A stretch of 64,000 nucleotides of DNA from Macrostomum hystrix (GCA_950097015.1 CATNEN010000007.1:4650001-4714000), one strand, 5' to 3'; shown: positions 11,782 through 25,030, counted from the stretch's first letter. Numbers and translations are program-made. The notes: generated by a model not told the origin, from the letters alone.

Positions 11782-13689
11782 CGTTTTCGGCAAGGGCATT
11801 AGGATATAGTGAGATTTCAATCGCTATCACTCTCAACGACTGCTAAAATAGAACTTCGTTAAGAAGTTAAAAACTGTAGTTAAAACATCGATGCGTGGAT
11901 TAACAAATCCATGCTGAGAATTCTTGCCATGTAGCAGATCTAGGAATCTAAACAGCTCGAATTTAAACTTTATTAAATATTTTATGACTTTGCTTACACA
12001 AATTATTGTTTTGAACAAATGCAATTCTAGAGTGTTTTTGCTTTTCAAGCGGTGATAATTTTTTGGATTCAAATACAGTGTCCTTATCAGGACAAAATGT
12101 AGATTTACTCTATGCCCATACTGTTTCGACCAGTACAATAACATTAATGTTTCTTTCAAAATGCTATCAAACAAGGCCAAAGGACAATATTGTACATTAT
12201 CTTTTAGTAGGCCTAGCCACTTTTTAATCATACAAAAAAACCAAGTCGTCACTTGTCTGATGGCACTGTTGAACTGTCAAATGCCCTTGTATTAATTCGG
12301 CTTTATTTTCACATTTACTTATTTTTACAGGATACTACATCCTGCTGTGGATTTTTAGTTTCTAATTAATTCACCCGAAAACTAATGTCTGGCCAAGACT
12401 GTCTAGTCTCTAAGCTCTCACAAAGTCACAATAAATATAATTTTAATATATTAGTGTGTAGCCTGTTTCTGTGTTTATGTCATTAAAAATATAATTTATG
12501 TATATCAAATGTACTAAACAATGAATAAACTTGCTTGCTTGCTTACTTACCATACTATCAATTGTATAAAAAATACTATATTTTGTGACAATTATGCTAT
12601 TAGGGGCCTATGCCTTAGGCCTACCATTTTTTCACTTATTTTTATTTTTGCCAAACATTTTGGTGAGGTCATAAGTTAGGTATATTTAGAATAACTGACG
12701 ATAGGGGCCAAATTCAATTTAGTAACAATCATTTCATGATAAATTGGTATCATAAACCATCTGGTTGGCCACTAGGGCCTAATATTGGTAACAAAAATGT
12801 TTGTGAGAAGTGGAAGTAAAACAGTATAGTACATCTACCCTTAGGCCTTGGTCTAGCCAAACTATATTTATATGTTCTTGTGCAGTAGGTTGGCTCTAAT
12901 ATTTTATGATTCATTTTAAAACCACAGGTAAATAAAAAAAATGCTACAAATAAGCTGTCTTGAGATTTCTGTTGTCCAAACTTCATCCAACTGGCTATGA
13001 AAGTAGTCAACTACAATGTGTTTAATAAAATTATAGTTTTAAGCACAAGACATAAAGCAATTCTAGTTTATTTAAATTATTAATTTTCATATTCTCAATG
13101 GTGGGACAAGACCTCTTGATGTTAGGACACTTTGCTCTTGATGTCTGGACAGGAACTGTCTAGTTAACTGATTAATTGTACAGATAAACTGGTATAAGGT
13201 TATAACAAATAGAACAAAGAATTCAGATGCATAGTTCCCTTGTACACTTCTACATGATTCAGTTAGCAATTAAAAACTGTACCTAAACAATTTTGTGTTG
13301 TAATTATTCGCAATCAAGAATGCGTACACAAAGTAGTTTGGCAAAAGATGGCAACACACTCAATACAAAATGCAGAAATATATGTAGTTATACAAACATT
13401 GGAAGGCAAAAAAGTGTTTCAATGTGCAACATTGGCAAAAGATGGCAAAACACTCTATAAAATGAAGAAATATATGTAGTTACACAAACATTGAAATTGC
13501 AACAGAAGCAAAAATAACTAACATCAGTATATAACAATATAAAGTAACAAGTTAAGGAAAGGAAAGGCTTGTTGAAAAGTTCATTTGAATTTTGGCAAAA
13601 GCCTTGAAATGATATGCATTTATAATCACTGTCCCTCAGCAGCCGCCATTTGTTTGTAGCTTGACTCAATGCGCTCGAAGTCCCTTTTT

Positions 13690-15470
13690 ATTAAGTCAAA
13701 TCACAGAGTAGCGATTAATCCCACGCAGCAGTTCTGGTGGCGCCTGGCATACTGCCAGCACGGATGATGCCTTAATCTCGTCTGTGTCTTCCATTGCTGG
13801 CCATGTGAAATGGTCACTCTTGCCTAACTGGTGCATGAAATTTACGTTGATCATTTCGCCAGTCACGGCCATTACCTGGCCGAGGAACCAGGCTGTGTCG
13901 TAGACAACTGCCACAAATTCGTTCAATTGTGGTGTCTTCAGTAACTCAGTAGTTCAATGACATTGACAAAAATGGTCCATGAATTCTCAGCAGCTTCAGG
14001 CATGTCCAACTGATCTGCGGCATTCGGCAATTCCCAAACCTTGGCGTCATAGCATAGGCAGTTAGCACTGCAATTGCCGGCAAGCTCGAGGTAAAAAATG
14101 GCCAAGCCCTCGGACTTGCGAACATGGTGCGTTTGGCTGATGCCCACCATAGGCAGAATGCCATCACACTCCGACTCCAGCATGTTCAAATATATGCTGA
14201 TGTCATTAGTTGTCACCTGTGGGATGATCACATATGTACAAAACAAAATAAATTTAGGTACTTTCAGAATAATGCCTTGCGAAGGGAAGCAAAGAGCTCT
14301 TTAGGCATTAATTTCATATATTGTATTTTTTTGGATTACCTCAATAAGCAGAATGATTGACTCTACACTCTGTCTTCCATTCATTGCTGCCTGGAGCTCA
14401 GGGATGCTGTTGACAGTTGCGCCAGTTGCAACGGCGCAATCAGAGGTGCGCTTTATAGCAGCTCCGACACCATCAGGGGCTCCCTTGCCGTGACCGGCTT
14501 CTGAATAGAGCCACTGCCAGTTGGAAATTCCTCGGCCAGCCATGTCCCATTGGAACAGAAAAAGAGTGCCCTTATTTCTGTACTGTGATGATGGTGAGTC
14601 AAATGATTGTGACTTCTTGTAGGTTCGGCACAACAACCTGGCAGTGGTCTAAAATGGGCTGTAGGTGAGCCAAAATGGCCGCGGATGTTTTAATCTTGTC
14701 CATCAACACAGTAGCAAAGGATGTTGGCTCACAGCCTTGAATGAAAAATGAAAATATGTAATTTAATTTTGTTTTGATAAACATGCGAGCACTTGGTTTA
14801 TTCACTTAAGCTCTAGCAACAATACTTAAATTTAAAAAATCATCTCAGTTACATCAATAGGTAAGTGCTCACCGCAAGGTACAAGATCCCTTGGTGGATC
14901 ACAATTTCTGGCCAGAAACCAAAGTGCAACACTTGCAACTTGGCACTGTATTTCCCGGAGTAATTTTCCGAGAAGTTGATGTGCAAGATGGTGTGCCCAG
15001 GAGCCAAATTTTCTCGCATGTCATGGATGGCCCTTAGCTGATGCTTGATGCACAGAACTTGCCTAGAAGTTCATTAAAGTGCCGATCGAATCCTGCAGAC
15101 TTGCAGTCCTCTGTCAGAAGGGAGAAATTAGGAGTTACATAAATTCATTTGTTTAGAGCCCAGGACACTCCCCTTAGCATTTCATGCAGTGTTAAAGGAA
15201 TAAAAAAATCATCGAGCTAAAACTCATGCTGTGCGCCTTTATCAGCTGCGTTGATTTGAACTTCGTTCTCTCGCACGTTGTTAGCTCCCACTGCTGGTAT
15301 GTCAGAGTCTCCGGCGCTGCATCAGCAAGTTGTTGAAGGACCGAGTTGTTGCGACAATCGTTGCACTCTAGATACATGCAAGCCTTGGCATCGCTGTTAC
15401 ACACTAGCTGTTGTACAAGGTGAATACTTCTCACGAGTATTTGCCATTTGCTTTAGGATGGACACTTAGT
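13690..15470 (-). pseudogene. Decayed intron-containing DDD-type DNA transposase (Sola-like, possibly Sola2)
   Basis: Fragments in order: LVCNSDAKACMYLECNDC...TYQQW, IKHQLRAIHDMRENL...LHINFSENY, a frameshifted DSPSSQYRNK, WLYSEAGHGKGAPDGVGAAIKR, and a C-terminal VVYDTAWFLGQV...FTWP. There are several frameshifts, and the first catalytic D (DFSENY motif) reads N. The family assignment is from motif memory. Confidence 0.75.
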
Positions 15471-16334
15471 GTGGACACTCTTGCTGAATATATGAACTTG
15501 TTGCTAGGCCTACTTTTTTTATTTTTTCTTAGTAGCTATATAGCTATATTAGCCATAACTATCATCAAATTTTTAATTAGTTTCTTAAAGGTGTTGCAAA
15601 AGACTTAAGAGGTGTTAAAAAACTAAAAAAAGCATTGTTAATTAAGGAAACTATTAGTACTATAAATAACTAGCTAAGAGAATTAGAAAAATATAGCTTG
15701 TATAATTTGATTCAATTTTAGGGTTTTAGAAGACTTTAGATTATAGTTTAAGGCTATAACTAGCCATTACCTTAAGTGTAGTATTATACACTGAAAGAGC
15801 TTTGCATTGTATTCATAAATTTTATTATAGGAAATACATTATAAGACATGTTAAGTGTTGACAAGCTGCTTTACAGATAGGTGTGCTGAGCCTCTGAAAC
15901 AATGACAATGCAGTCCTGCTCTAGTGAGTAAAATCAGAAAATTTGGAACTTTAAGATAAGGGTTTAAAAGTTATGATTTTTAGAATACTGTTGTGGAAAC
16001 ATGTATGTTCATTTCATAAATTTCTAACCTTTTGGTATGTTCTAAAATAACAGTGAAAATCCTATAAATGGTTTTAGCAGTGATCAGTTAAAGCAATCAC
16101 TACAGGGTCTATACTCTATAGTAATGCATTAACTTTTGCTAGTTTGTGTGAAAGTTCTGCTAGCTCTGATCAGATAAGAGAAGAGCAAAGCGTCTGTCTT
16201 CTCTGGGGTGTCTTTTGCATGCCTTATAGTGTTCAGGTGGGCCTTGAGGCCTAGATCCTATATCCTTTATGGATAATATATGTATGGATTGGATATAGGA
16301 TATCCATATTCCCATATCCACCCACAGCCCACCC

Positions 16335-18181
16335 ATGGCCTCCAGTAACGATGGTCAGCCGCCCAGCAAGCAGGCAAAGATAAGTTCCTATGCGCAGCAC
16401 AGCACGGCCATTTCTCAGGGCATGGGAATGAGCCCCCATCGCAGCTCTGAGGACTGGCGCCCCGATGACTGCACCGGTGCCCTTCCACCAGCCTGCCTGT
16501 CCCGTGTGACCCGGGAGCTGCTGGACCTCGCCACCAACCCGCTGCCGGGCATCGCTGCAGTCCAGGACGAAGACGATCTTGGCCGGGTTCACGCGCTGCT
16601 CACCGGACCAGCCGGGACGCCGTATCAGGGCGGCTTCTTTTATCTGGTGCTGCGCGTCACCGATCGGTATCCGATGCTGCCGCCTAAGGCGCGACTTATG
16701 ACAACAGGCAATGGCGAGGTAAGGTCTTTATCCCTATATTCTCAATTTCCTCAATCTAGATCTTTGTCCCTATCCCCAATGTCCTAAATGTAGGTCTTTG
16801 TCCCTATCCCCAATGTCCTCAATGTAGGTCTTTGTCCCTATCCTCAATCTTCTCAATTTAGTTCTTTATCCCTATCCCCAATGTCCTCATTGTAGGTCTT
16901 TATCTCCATCCTCATTGGTTCCGTATCCCCTTGCAACCGTCCTTCATACAGGTGCGGTTCAACCCCAACCTGTACAAGAACGGCAAGGTGTGTCTGAGCA
17001 TCCTGGGCACCTGGGACGGGCCCTGCTGGACACCCGCCATGGGCTTTCGCTCCGTGCTGCTCTCCGTACAGTCGCTAATGAACGAGTCTCCTTATCGCAA
17101 CGAGCCCGGCTACTCTTCCGCCGGCGTCAAGAAATGCGAGGCCTACAATGAAGTGATCCAGCACGAGACTCTGCGCGTAGCCGTCTGCGAAATGATGGAA
17201 GGCCGCGTGCCGATGCCCCAGCCGCTCAGACAGGTTTGGTGGGGAGCTGCGTTGTGTTTATCCTTTAGTGTGTATGTGAGATCACATCTCCAAGTTGACA
17301 AATCGACCCTAAGTTGGTAAATTATCCACCAGTACTAGAATTTTATACCCTGTAGCGTGTCGCCGAGTTGGCTGTGCTAGCGTTAGCGCATATTGCTAGA
17401 GTGTCTTTGGTTAAGGAGCTTGTAGCCTTGTGGTTAGAGCGTTGGACTCGCGACTTGAGGTCGGGGGTTCTATTCTCAACTCCACTGGAACAACTTATAT
17501 CCTTTTGCTAGACACTTAAACCTGCATGCTTCAGTTCACCCAGCTGTTAAATCGGTACCAGCATTAGCTGGGGTAATTGAGGTGGGTGTAGTGTCTTCCA
17601 GTCCATGGACTGAACAGCTGAATGCAGCCTTCAGATGCGCCGCGCAATAGCTGCGCCTGTGGTGTCGGCTGCAGCACATCAAAAATAATCAATTATTATT
17701 GTTATTATTATTAGGTTACCAAAAAGTTAGGGCTCTGCCTCTGTGCCCTAGACAAAGTGCCTTAAGAGCACTGCCTAGGTGTGATGTCTGGGGGGGCAGA
17801 ATGTACTCTCCGCCACACCCCACAGTAGTAAAATATCCCACAGTTGGCAAATTATCCCCTAAGTTCGTAAAATTATCCTCGTAGTTTGCGATCCCTACTA
17901 AAAAAAGCCTGCTGCTGAATCGCAAGCTGTCCGCAGTGATTAGAGCTGTCCAACTCATTATCCCGAAACCTCGGCAGGAGATGCGGGCTCTCTTCGGCCA
18001 GCACTACCAGTACTACATCGATGTGTGCAGGAAGCAGCGCAGTCGTGACGGCAAGCCGCTGACGGATCCGTTCAATCCGCGCAACGCCAAGTACAATTAT
18101 GAAGCGCTGGCGAAACGGCTGGCAGCCATCAACCAGCAGCTGGCCGCCGGGGTTGGCGCGGGCTCCAGCTCCAGGCGCTGA
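16335..18181 (+). CDS. UBE2Z: Ubiquitin-conjugating enzyme E2 Z (USE1)-like, 3 exons, 289 aa
   Basis: Exons 16335-16718, 16952-17233 and 17978-18181, all phase 0. Motifs [51 protein letters not shown] (active-site Cys), ESPYRNEPG and [16 protein letters not shown] are characteristic of UBE2Z. Confidence 0.9.
16719..16915 (+). repeat. Degenerate ~34-bp minisatellite filling UBE2Z intron 1
   Basis: About five copies of aggtctttgtccctatccccaatgtcctcaatgt. Confidence 0.85.
17416..17712 (+). mobile_element. tRNA-derived SINE family 1, full length, with CORE-like central domain (in UBE2Z intron 2)
   Basis: The head has TAGCCTTGTGG (A-box-like) and GGTTCTATTC (B-box-like). The central agacacttaa...tcagttcacccagctgttaaatcgg resembles the MIR/CORE domain. 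The 3' end gctgcagcacatc is followed by an (ATT)n tail. Confidence 0.8.
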
Positions 18182-18389
18182 CCCACTGCAATGCTGGCAC
18201 TGGGTGTTTCTTTAGTCAGACTGCAAGTTGATTTTCAGATTTTTTTCTGTTTTGCTGTTTTTTTATCGCTTATGCCATTCAGTCTTGCTATCCTACTCAT
18301 TTTAGTTGAGAAAATCAGTTACAATGGACTCCACAGGAAACTTATTTGGCCCACACAGCAATTTGCGCCCGTTCCCCCGAAATCTTAAA

Positions 18390-18835
18390 CTCAGCTGGCC
18401 TCTAAATCCCCAAATCCTTCCTCCAATATCCCAACTGAGCTGGCCTCTAAATCCCCAAATCCTTCCTCCAATATCCCAACTGAGCTGGCCTCTAAATCCC
18501 CAAATCCTTCCTCCAATATCCCAACTGAGCTGGCCTCTAAATCCCCAAATCCTTCCTCCAATATCCCAACTGAGCTGGCCTCTAAATCCTCAAATCCTTC
18601 CTCCAATATCCCAACTGAGCTGGCCTCTTTAAATCTCTAATCCCTTCCTCCAATATCCCAACTGAGCTGGCCTCTTTAAATCTCTAATCCCTTCCTCCAA
18701 TATCCCAACTGAGCTGGCCTCTTTAAATCTCTAATCCCTTCCTCCAATATCCCAACTGAGCTGGCCTCTTTAAATCTCTAATCCCTTCCTCCAATATCCC
18801 AACTGAGCTGGCCTCTTTAAACCTCTAATCTCTTC
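18390..18835. repeat. 45/47-bp minisatellite
   Basis: About five copies of ctgagctggcctctaaatccccaaatccttcctccaatatcccaa, then about five copies of a 47-bp variant. Confidence 0.92.
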
Positions 18836-19544
18836 CTCCGAAAATGCCAAGTCAGCTGGCCTCTTTACATGCCCAATCGCTTCCCTCTAATATCCTCATT
18901 TTGGTATCTGCATGCCAGTTAAAACTATTTTGTTACATTTTCTTACGTGTTTATTTTTAACGCAGCTGCCTAAAAAAGCGTTTAAGTCAAATGCATTTTT
19001 CAGCGGTTTATTATATGCAGGCTACTGAGCTATTAGTACCTGTGTTTCTCATTCGATTCCAGCTTGTATTTCAGCGCTCAGCTTAAATGAGCTGTGCTGT
19101 GTAAGGCAACCAATAGTTACTGCAGGGCTATATTATGTAACCGTGGTTGAAAGTCAAGCGAGAGGTGCATTTAGTGACGGGCTCCGCAGTTTGTTGTAAA
19201 TCGCTCTTTAATTTTAAGTCCATCGGTATCAAATGCCTACCGATTTTGAACCAAAAAGACGCGAGCCTTGCCTCTCTACTGTCTGAATTAGCAGTATCAA
19301 CAGCCTATGCGCGGTGCTTCTGTTATTGCGAAAATATTGCGTAAAAAGACATTAAATTTATGAGCGGATATCCTATATTTTGTTTTGGATTTTTTAATAT
19401 GCAGATGTTTTCAGTGTGTTAGAGCTTTCTTGTGCTTTGATTCTATCCCGTCTCTGGAAACAGGAGAATTGAGGCTGAGAATAAATTATTTGATAAAAAA
19501 GATATGAGAGATGAAGCACAATAGGAATAAGCGATGAGAAACTA

Positions 19545-19895
19545 GATAAGATTAAAACACCAGATAGGTAAGAGATTAAAACACCAGATAGGTAAGAGAT
19601 TAAAACACCAGATAGGTAAGAGATTAAAACACCAGATAGGTAAGAGATTAAAACACCAGATAGGTAAGAGATTAAGACACCAGATAGGTAAGAGATTAAA
19701 ACACCAGATAGGTAAGAGATTAAGACACCAGATAGGTAAGAGATTAAGACACCAGATAGGTAAGAGATTAAAACACCAGATAGGTAAGAGATTAAGACAC
19801 CAGATAGGTAAGAGATTAAAACACCAGATAGGTAAGAGATTAAGACACCAGATAGGTAAGAGATTAAAACACCAGATAGGTAAGAGACTAAGACA
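19545..19895. repeat. 24-bp minisatellite
   Basis: About 14 copies of ttaa(a/g)acaccagataggtaagaga. Confidence 0.93.
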
Positions 19896-20256
19896 GATTA
19901 AGATGAAATACCAGAGAGACACCAGCGAGATTAGACACGGGAAAGATAAGACACGGAAGAGATGAGACGAGAATCGGTGTTGTTAGCTGTCAGCGACCGT
20001 GTTTTTTACCACCACACAAGGTACAGCATTTATCTGGCAACATTGCTGCATAGGGACACGCCACCCTTTCTGTAACTAAGTCGTGGGAGAAATGTAATTA
20101 ACTTTTTCGTCGGGTGGGTCGCTCTTAATTCTTAGCACACACACAGCAGCTGTAGCTTGTGTAACTAAGTCGTTAAAGCGAGAAGCAGAAGGATCGCATG
20201 AAGGTGAATATAGTTGCGAGGGGCTGGGCCTCCCGCACTTGTTAAGTGGGGTACAG

Positions 20257-21169
20257 AACAGTCTATGGCTGCTTAAGCAGCTGCATCGGTCAGAACAGTC
20301 TATGGCTGCTTAAGCAGCGGCATCGGTCAGAACAGTCTATGGCTGCTTAAGCAGCGGCATCGGTCAGAACAGTCTATGGCTGCTTAAGCAGCGGCATCGG
20401 TCAGAACAGTCTTTGGCTGCTTAAGCAGCGGCATCGGTCAGAACAGTCTATGTTAAGCAGCGGCATCGGTCAGAACAGTCTATGGCTGCTTAAGCAGCGG
20501 CATCGGTCAGAACAGTCTATGGCTGCTTAAGCAGCGGAATCGGTCAGAACAGTCTATGGCTGCTTAAGCAGCGGAATCGGTCAGAACAGTCTATGGCTGC
20601 TTAAGCAGCTGCATCGGTCAGAACAGTCTATGGCTGCTTAAGCAGCGGCATCGGTCAGAACAGTCTTTGGCTGCTTAAGCAGCGGCATCGGTCAGAACAG
20701 TCTATGTTAAGCAGCGGCATCGGTCAGAACAGTCTATGGCTGCTTAAGCAGCGGCATCGGTCAGAACAGTCTATGGCTGCTTAAGCAGCTGCATCGGTCA
20801 GAACAGTCTATGGCTGCTTAAGCAGCGGCATCGGTCAGAACAGTCTATGGCTGCTTAAGCAGCTGCATCGGTCAGAACAGTCTATGGCTGCTTAAGCAGC
20901 GGCATCGGTCAGAACAGTCTATGGCTGCTTAAGCAGCGGCATCGGTCAGAACAGTCTATGGCTGCTTAAGCAGCGGCATCGGTCAGAACAGTCTATGGCT
21001 GCTTAAGCAGCGGCGTCGGTCAGAACAGTCTATGGCTGCTTAAGCAGCGGCATCGGTCAGAACAGTCTATGGCTGTTTAAGCAGCGGAATCGGTCAGAAC
21101 AGTCTATGGCTGCTTAAGCAGCGGCATCGGTCAGAACAGTCTTTGGCTGCTTAAGCAGCGGCATCGGTC
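20257..21169. repeat. 37-bp minisatellite
   Basis: About 24 copies of cagaacagtctatggctgcttaagcagcggcatcggt, with a recurring deletion variant. Confidence 0.95.
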
Positions 21170-21529
21170 AACTAACAACAAAGATAGTTAAAGTACGAGT
21201 ACAACACTTTCTATTCGCCCAAGCAAGTGGCAGCAGCTTTGGTGGGACAACTCACAGTGAAAATGCACAAGACTAGTCTCTGAGGATCTCGCTTCAAATC
21301 TCCGAATGCCCCTATCTCTGATTTTCTGACGAACCGTTTCCCGAGTTCGCTGTCACATTTTGGAGGGTCTGAGATACTCTGACGCAAATCCTATCCTACG
21401 CTTGCGTGACCTGCTCATGACAGGGAAGCAGCGTGGAGTCCGGTGATCTGAGCTCGAAATTCGGCTGGTTGATTGTGAAATTATAAAAATGTCCACGCCT
21501 GTACTACTTCCTCCGATGATCTTCCACCT

Positions 21530-21715
21530 TGACATATGAGGTAACGACTCGAGACTCAAGACTCTCAGGTACTACTCACTGCGATGATCTTACACCTAGA
21601 CATATGAGGTAACGACTCAAGACTCTCAGGTACTACTCACTGCGATGATATTGCACCCAGACAGAGATAACGACTTCTCAGGTACTACTCACTGCGATGA
21701 TATTGCACCTAGGAC
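21530..21715. repeat. Three diverged ~50-65-bp direct repeats
   Basis: The core ctctcaggtactactcactgcgatgat occurs three times. Confidence 0.8.
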
Positions 21716-22234
21716 AGAAGTCCGCAAGATTTGCGCTATCAGATAAAAACACTGTCAGCAAACACCCCTGAAGTTACAGTTCGGCAGGATGCTCGCTCCC
21801 AAAGATTACCGTTCATTAGTGACATCGACTCAAAGTCTGTACTCAGTCCTTCTCCCCAAAGGAGTCACGTTCTAGCTGGCTCAGTTATAGAAACTCATCG
21901 AAGGGCTTCTCCGGCCCTTCAACTCCGAGCTCGCGGGAAGTCAACTGTAAAATGTGGCTTTTCTCTTCCCCACTTTGTGTTGTCGCTATTCGGCCATCGA
22001 CTTGGGAGGGAGCCTGTGGCGGTGGCCTGCACGAGTGTGGCACGCAGCAGGTGTTAGTTTTCCCTTGTGCTGTTGTGCATGAGGATAAAATAGATCTTCC
22101 CTGCGCAAAGCTTCAACTTGTGTGCGTCAAGCATCATTATCAGCTTTGTAACATCACGCTTAACGCTAATTACTAGGAGCAGATGTACTTTAAGTCTGAT
22201 AACCTACATATAGGTGTAGTACGAAACAAGTGAA

Positions 22235-23030
22235 CTGGGGAATAGATATAGAATGGGAAATAGATATAGAATGGGAAATATATATAGAATGGGAAATATA
22301 TATAGAATGGGGAATATATAGAATATGGGGAATAGAAATGGAATAGAGAATAGATATAGAATGGGGAATAGAAATGGAATAGGGAAAAGATATAGAAGGA
22401 GGAATAGAAATGGAATGGGGAATAGATATAGAATGGGGAATAGGTATGGAATAGGGAATAGAAATGGAATAGAGAATAGATATAGAAGGAGGAATAGAAA
22501 TGGAATGGGGAATAGATATAGAAGGAGGAATAGAAATGGAATGGGGAATAGATATAGAATGGGGAATAGAAATGGAATGGGGAATAGATATAGAATGGGG
22601 AATAGAAATGGAATGGGGAATAGAAATGGAATAGAGAATAGATATAGAAGGAGGAATAGAAATGGAATGGGGAATAGTTATAGAATGGGGAATAGAAATG
22701 GAATAGAGAATAGATATAGAAGGAGGAATATAAATGGAATAAGTAATAGATATAGAATGGGGAATAGAAATGGAATAGGGAATAGATATAGAATGGTGAA
22801 TAGATATAGAATGGGGAATAGATATAGAATGGGGAATAGATATAGAATGGGGAATAGATATAGAATGGGGAATATATATAGAATGGGGAATAGATATAGA
22901 ATGGGGAATATATATAGAATGGGGAATATGGAATATATATGGAATGGGGAATAGATATGGAATGGTGAATAGATATGGAATGGGGAATAGAGATGGAATC
23001 GGGAATAGAGAGGGAATGGGATAGAGGCGA
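22235..23030. repeat. Purine-rich low-complexity array (atatagaatggggaatag variants)
   Basis: Mixed 6-, 12- and 18-bp units. The ORF 22325-22954 is only a translation of this repeat. Confidence 0.9.
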
Positions 23031-23242
23031 AATTAGGGAATACGTCTCGGATGCAGGAATAGAGGTGAAGAATGGTGGGCTTTCGCCGCACCATTTGAAA
23101 ATATTCCCCCCATGCCCAGCTCGTGCCTGGCTTCTGATTGGCTGTCCCGGCTAGTACTTTTCTTAGAGCAGGAGAAGGGAAGCTTCGAGCTAAAAGTCGG
23201 TCCCATTGCCAGCAGCAGCAGCAGCCCAGCTCCCGGCCCGCC

Positions 23243-25030
23243 ATGCAGAGCCTGTCCCGCATCGCCCTGACCGTCTACAACTCGGCCCTGGCGCTGATCT
23301 TCGCCGTGGGTCTGATTGGCAACTGCCTGGTGATGGGGGTGATCTGCAGGCAGCAGCGGGCCAACCAGTCCGTCACCAGCCTTTACCTGATGCACCTGGC
23401 CCTAGCGGACAGCCTGCATCTGCTGTCCATCCCGCCGCTGATGTACACTGCCCTAGTGGGCCAGTGGAACTTCGGCTGGCTGCTGTGCAAGGTTTACTAC
23501 ATGCTGAACTACACCAATTGGACAGTGTCCATCTACATCATCACGGCGATGAGCTTCGACCGCTACAAAGCCATGGTGTCTCCGTCGGCCAGGCTGCGAA
23601 CTCGCAGCTTTGCCAGCGCAGTCCTGGCCGGCATCTGGCTGATCGGTGCCCTGCTGATTAGCCCGACCTACCTGTGCGCCAGGGTGCACTATTTCAACGG
23701 CTCCGTGCCGCACTGCGTCCACGTGTCGCCTGACACATCCGACGACGAGCGGGGCTTCAACGACACGCAGCCGATGGCCGGCGAGAGCGACGCCTACGGC
23801 GGTCCGGTCTACCGGTTCTTCTCACACCCCGCCTACTTCATGCGCTACATGTTCGTCACTGGCTGTGCCCTGCCCGGCCTCTTGCTGTGCCTGTTCTACT
23901 CGCTCATCGCCAGGCGGCTCTACCTGGCCAAGCGGGCTCAGCGAGGCGGCAGCGGCAACAATGGCGCCGAGGCGAACAACGCGGCTGGCGCCAGCTCATC
24001 CACGGGGACTCACTCGCAGGACCGGCTGGGCAAAGCCACCCTCCTGGTGGCTGCCGTGGTCGTGTTCTACCTGGCCTGCTCACTGCCGCACTGGGTGCAC
24101 GTGAATGCCAGCTTGGAGACAGACGCTCCCATCACCTACCTGACCATTGTCAGCTCTCACGTGACCTCCCTGCTGACCTACGCCAGCAGCGCCGGGAACC
24201 CCATCCTGTACGCGTTTCTGAGCGGCCCTTTCCGCTCTGCAATGCGCGACCTGATGGACATTGGCCAGCACAGGCCGCCCGCAGCTGCCGCCGCAGGTGC
24301 CGTAGTCGGCGACGTCGACGGGACCGCGCCGGATGCCAATGCCAACGCCGGCGCCGGGAGCCGAAGGCGACACGCCGACAACAACAACTACCATCACCAC
24401 AGACAGGTGCGTCAGGAGTGGCACCGCCGGGTTGGACGAGATGCGGATGGGACTGGACATGGGGATGGGACTCGAGATGGGGATGGGACTAGACATGGGG
24501 ATGGGACTGGAGATGGGGATGGGACTGGACATGGGGATGGGACTGGACATGGGGATGGGACTGGATATGGGGATGGGACTGGGGATGGGACTAAAGATGG
24601 GGATGGGACTCGAGATGGGGATGGGACTGGAGATGGGGATGGGACTGGAGATGGGGATGGGACTGGAGATGGGGATGGGACTGGACATAGGGATAGGACT
24701 GGAGATGGGGATGGGACTGGACATGGGGATGGGCCATTGTAGCATCAGTTCAAAGTTAATCGGATGTTTATTTCACACGCCCGCCAGCCTCTGCTCGGTG
24801 GACTGGACGGCGACACCGGCTCGCCCACGGTCGGCCTGACCACCTTCAACCACTCGGAGGAGCCGCTGTCCTCCTCTTCTGCCGGTGGCAGCGGCGGTGC
24901 CACAGGCGTAATCGGCGGCGCATCGGCCCAACGGCTGCTGACTGCGGGCGGGGCCTCCTCGGTCGGGGAGCCGGCGGCCTCGGTGTCCTCAGTAACCTCC
25001 GGGGTCGTCATGGAGACTCGGATCGACTGA
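23243..25030 (+). CDS. Class A peptide GPCR, somatostatin/allatostatin-C/opioid-like, 2 exons, ~468 aa
   Basis: GCCATG at 23243; GNCLV (TM1), LALAD (TM2), C..DRY (TM3), CSLP (TM6) and NPILY (TM7). Exon 23243-24406 splices in phase 0 (CAG|GTGCGT ... GCCAG|CCT) to 24788-25030. The N-terminus may be incomplete. Confidence 0.85.
24447..24735 (+). repeat. 18-bp G-rich minisatellite in the GPCR intron
   Basis: About 16 copies of ggggatgggactgga(g/c)at. Confidence 0.92.

Noticed and set aside
12240-16250. Terminal inverted repeats for the Sola-like relic
   Set aside because: Only short imperfect aggcct-type matches were found, with no supportable TIR pair or TSD.
22325-22954. MGNRYR-repeat ORF resembling a basic nuclear protein
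   Set aside because: It lies entirely within a degenerate purine-rich repeat, and the opposite strand gives an equally long nonsense ORF.
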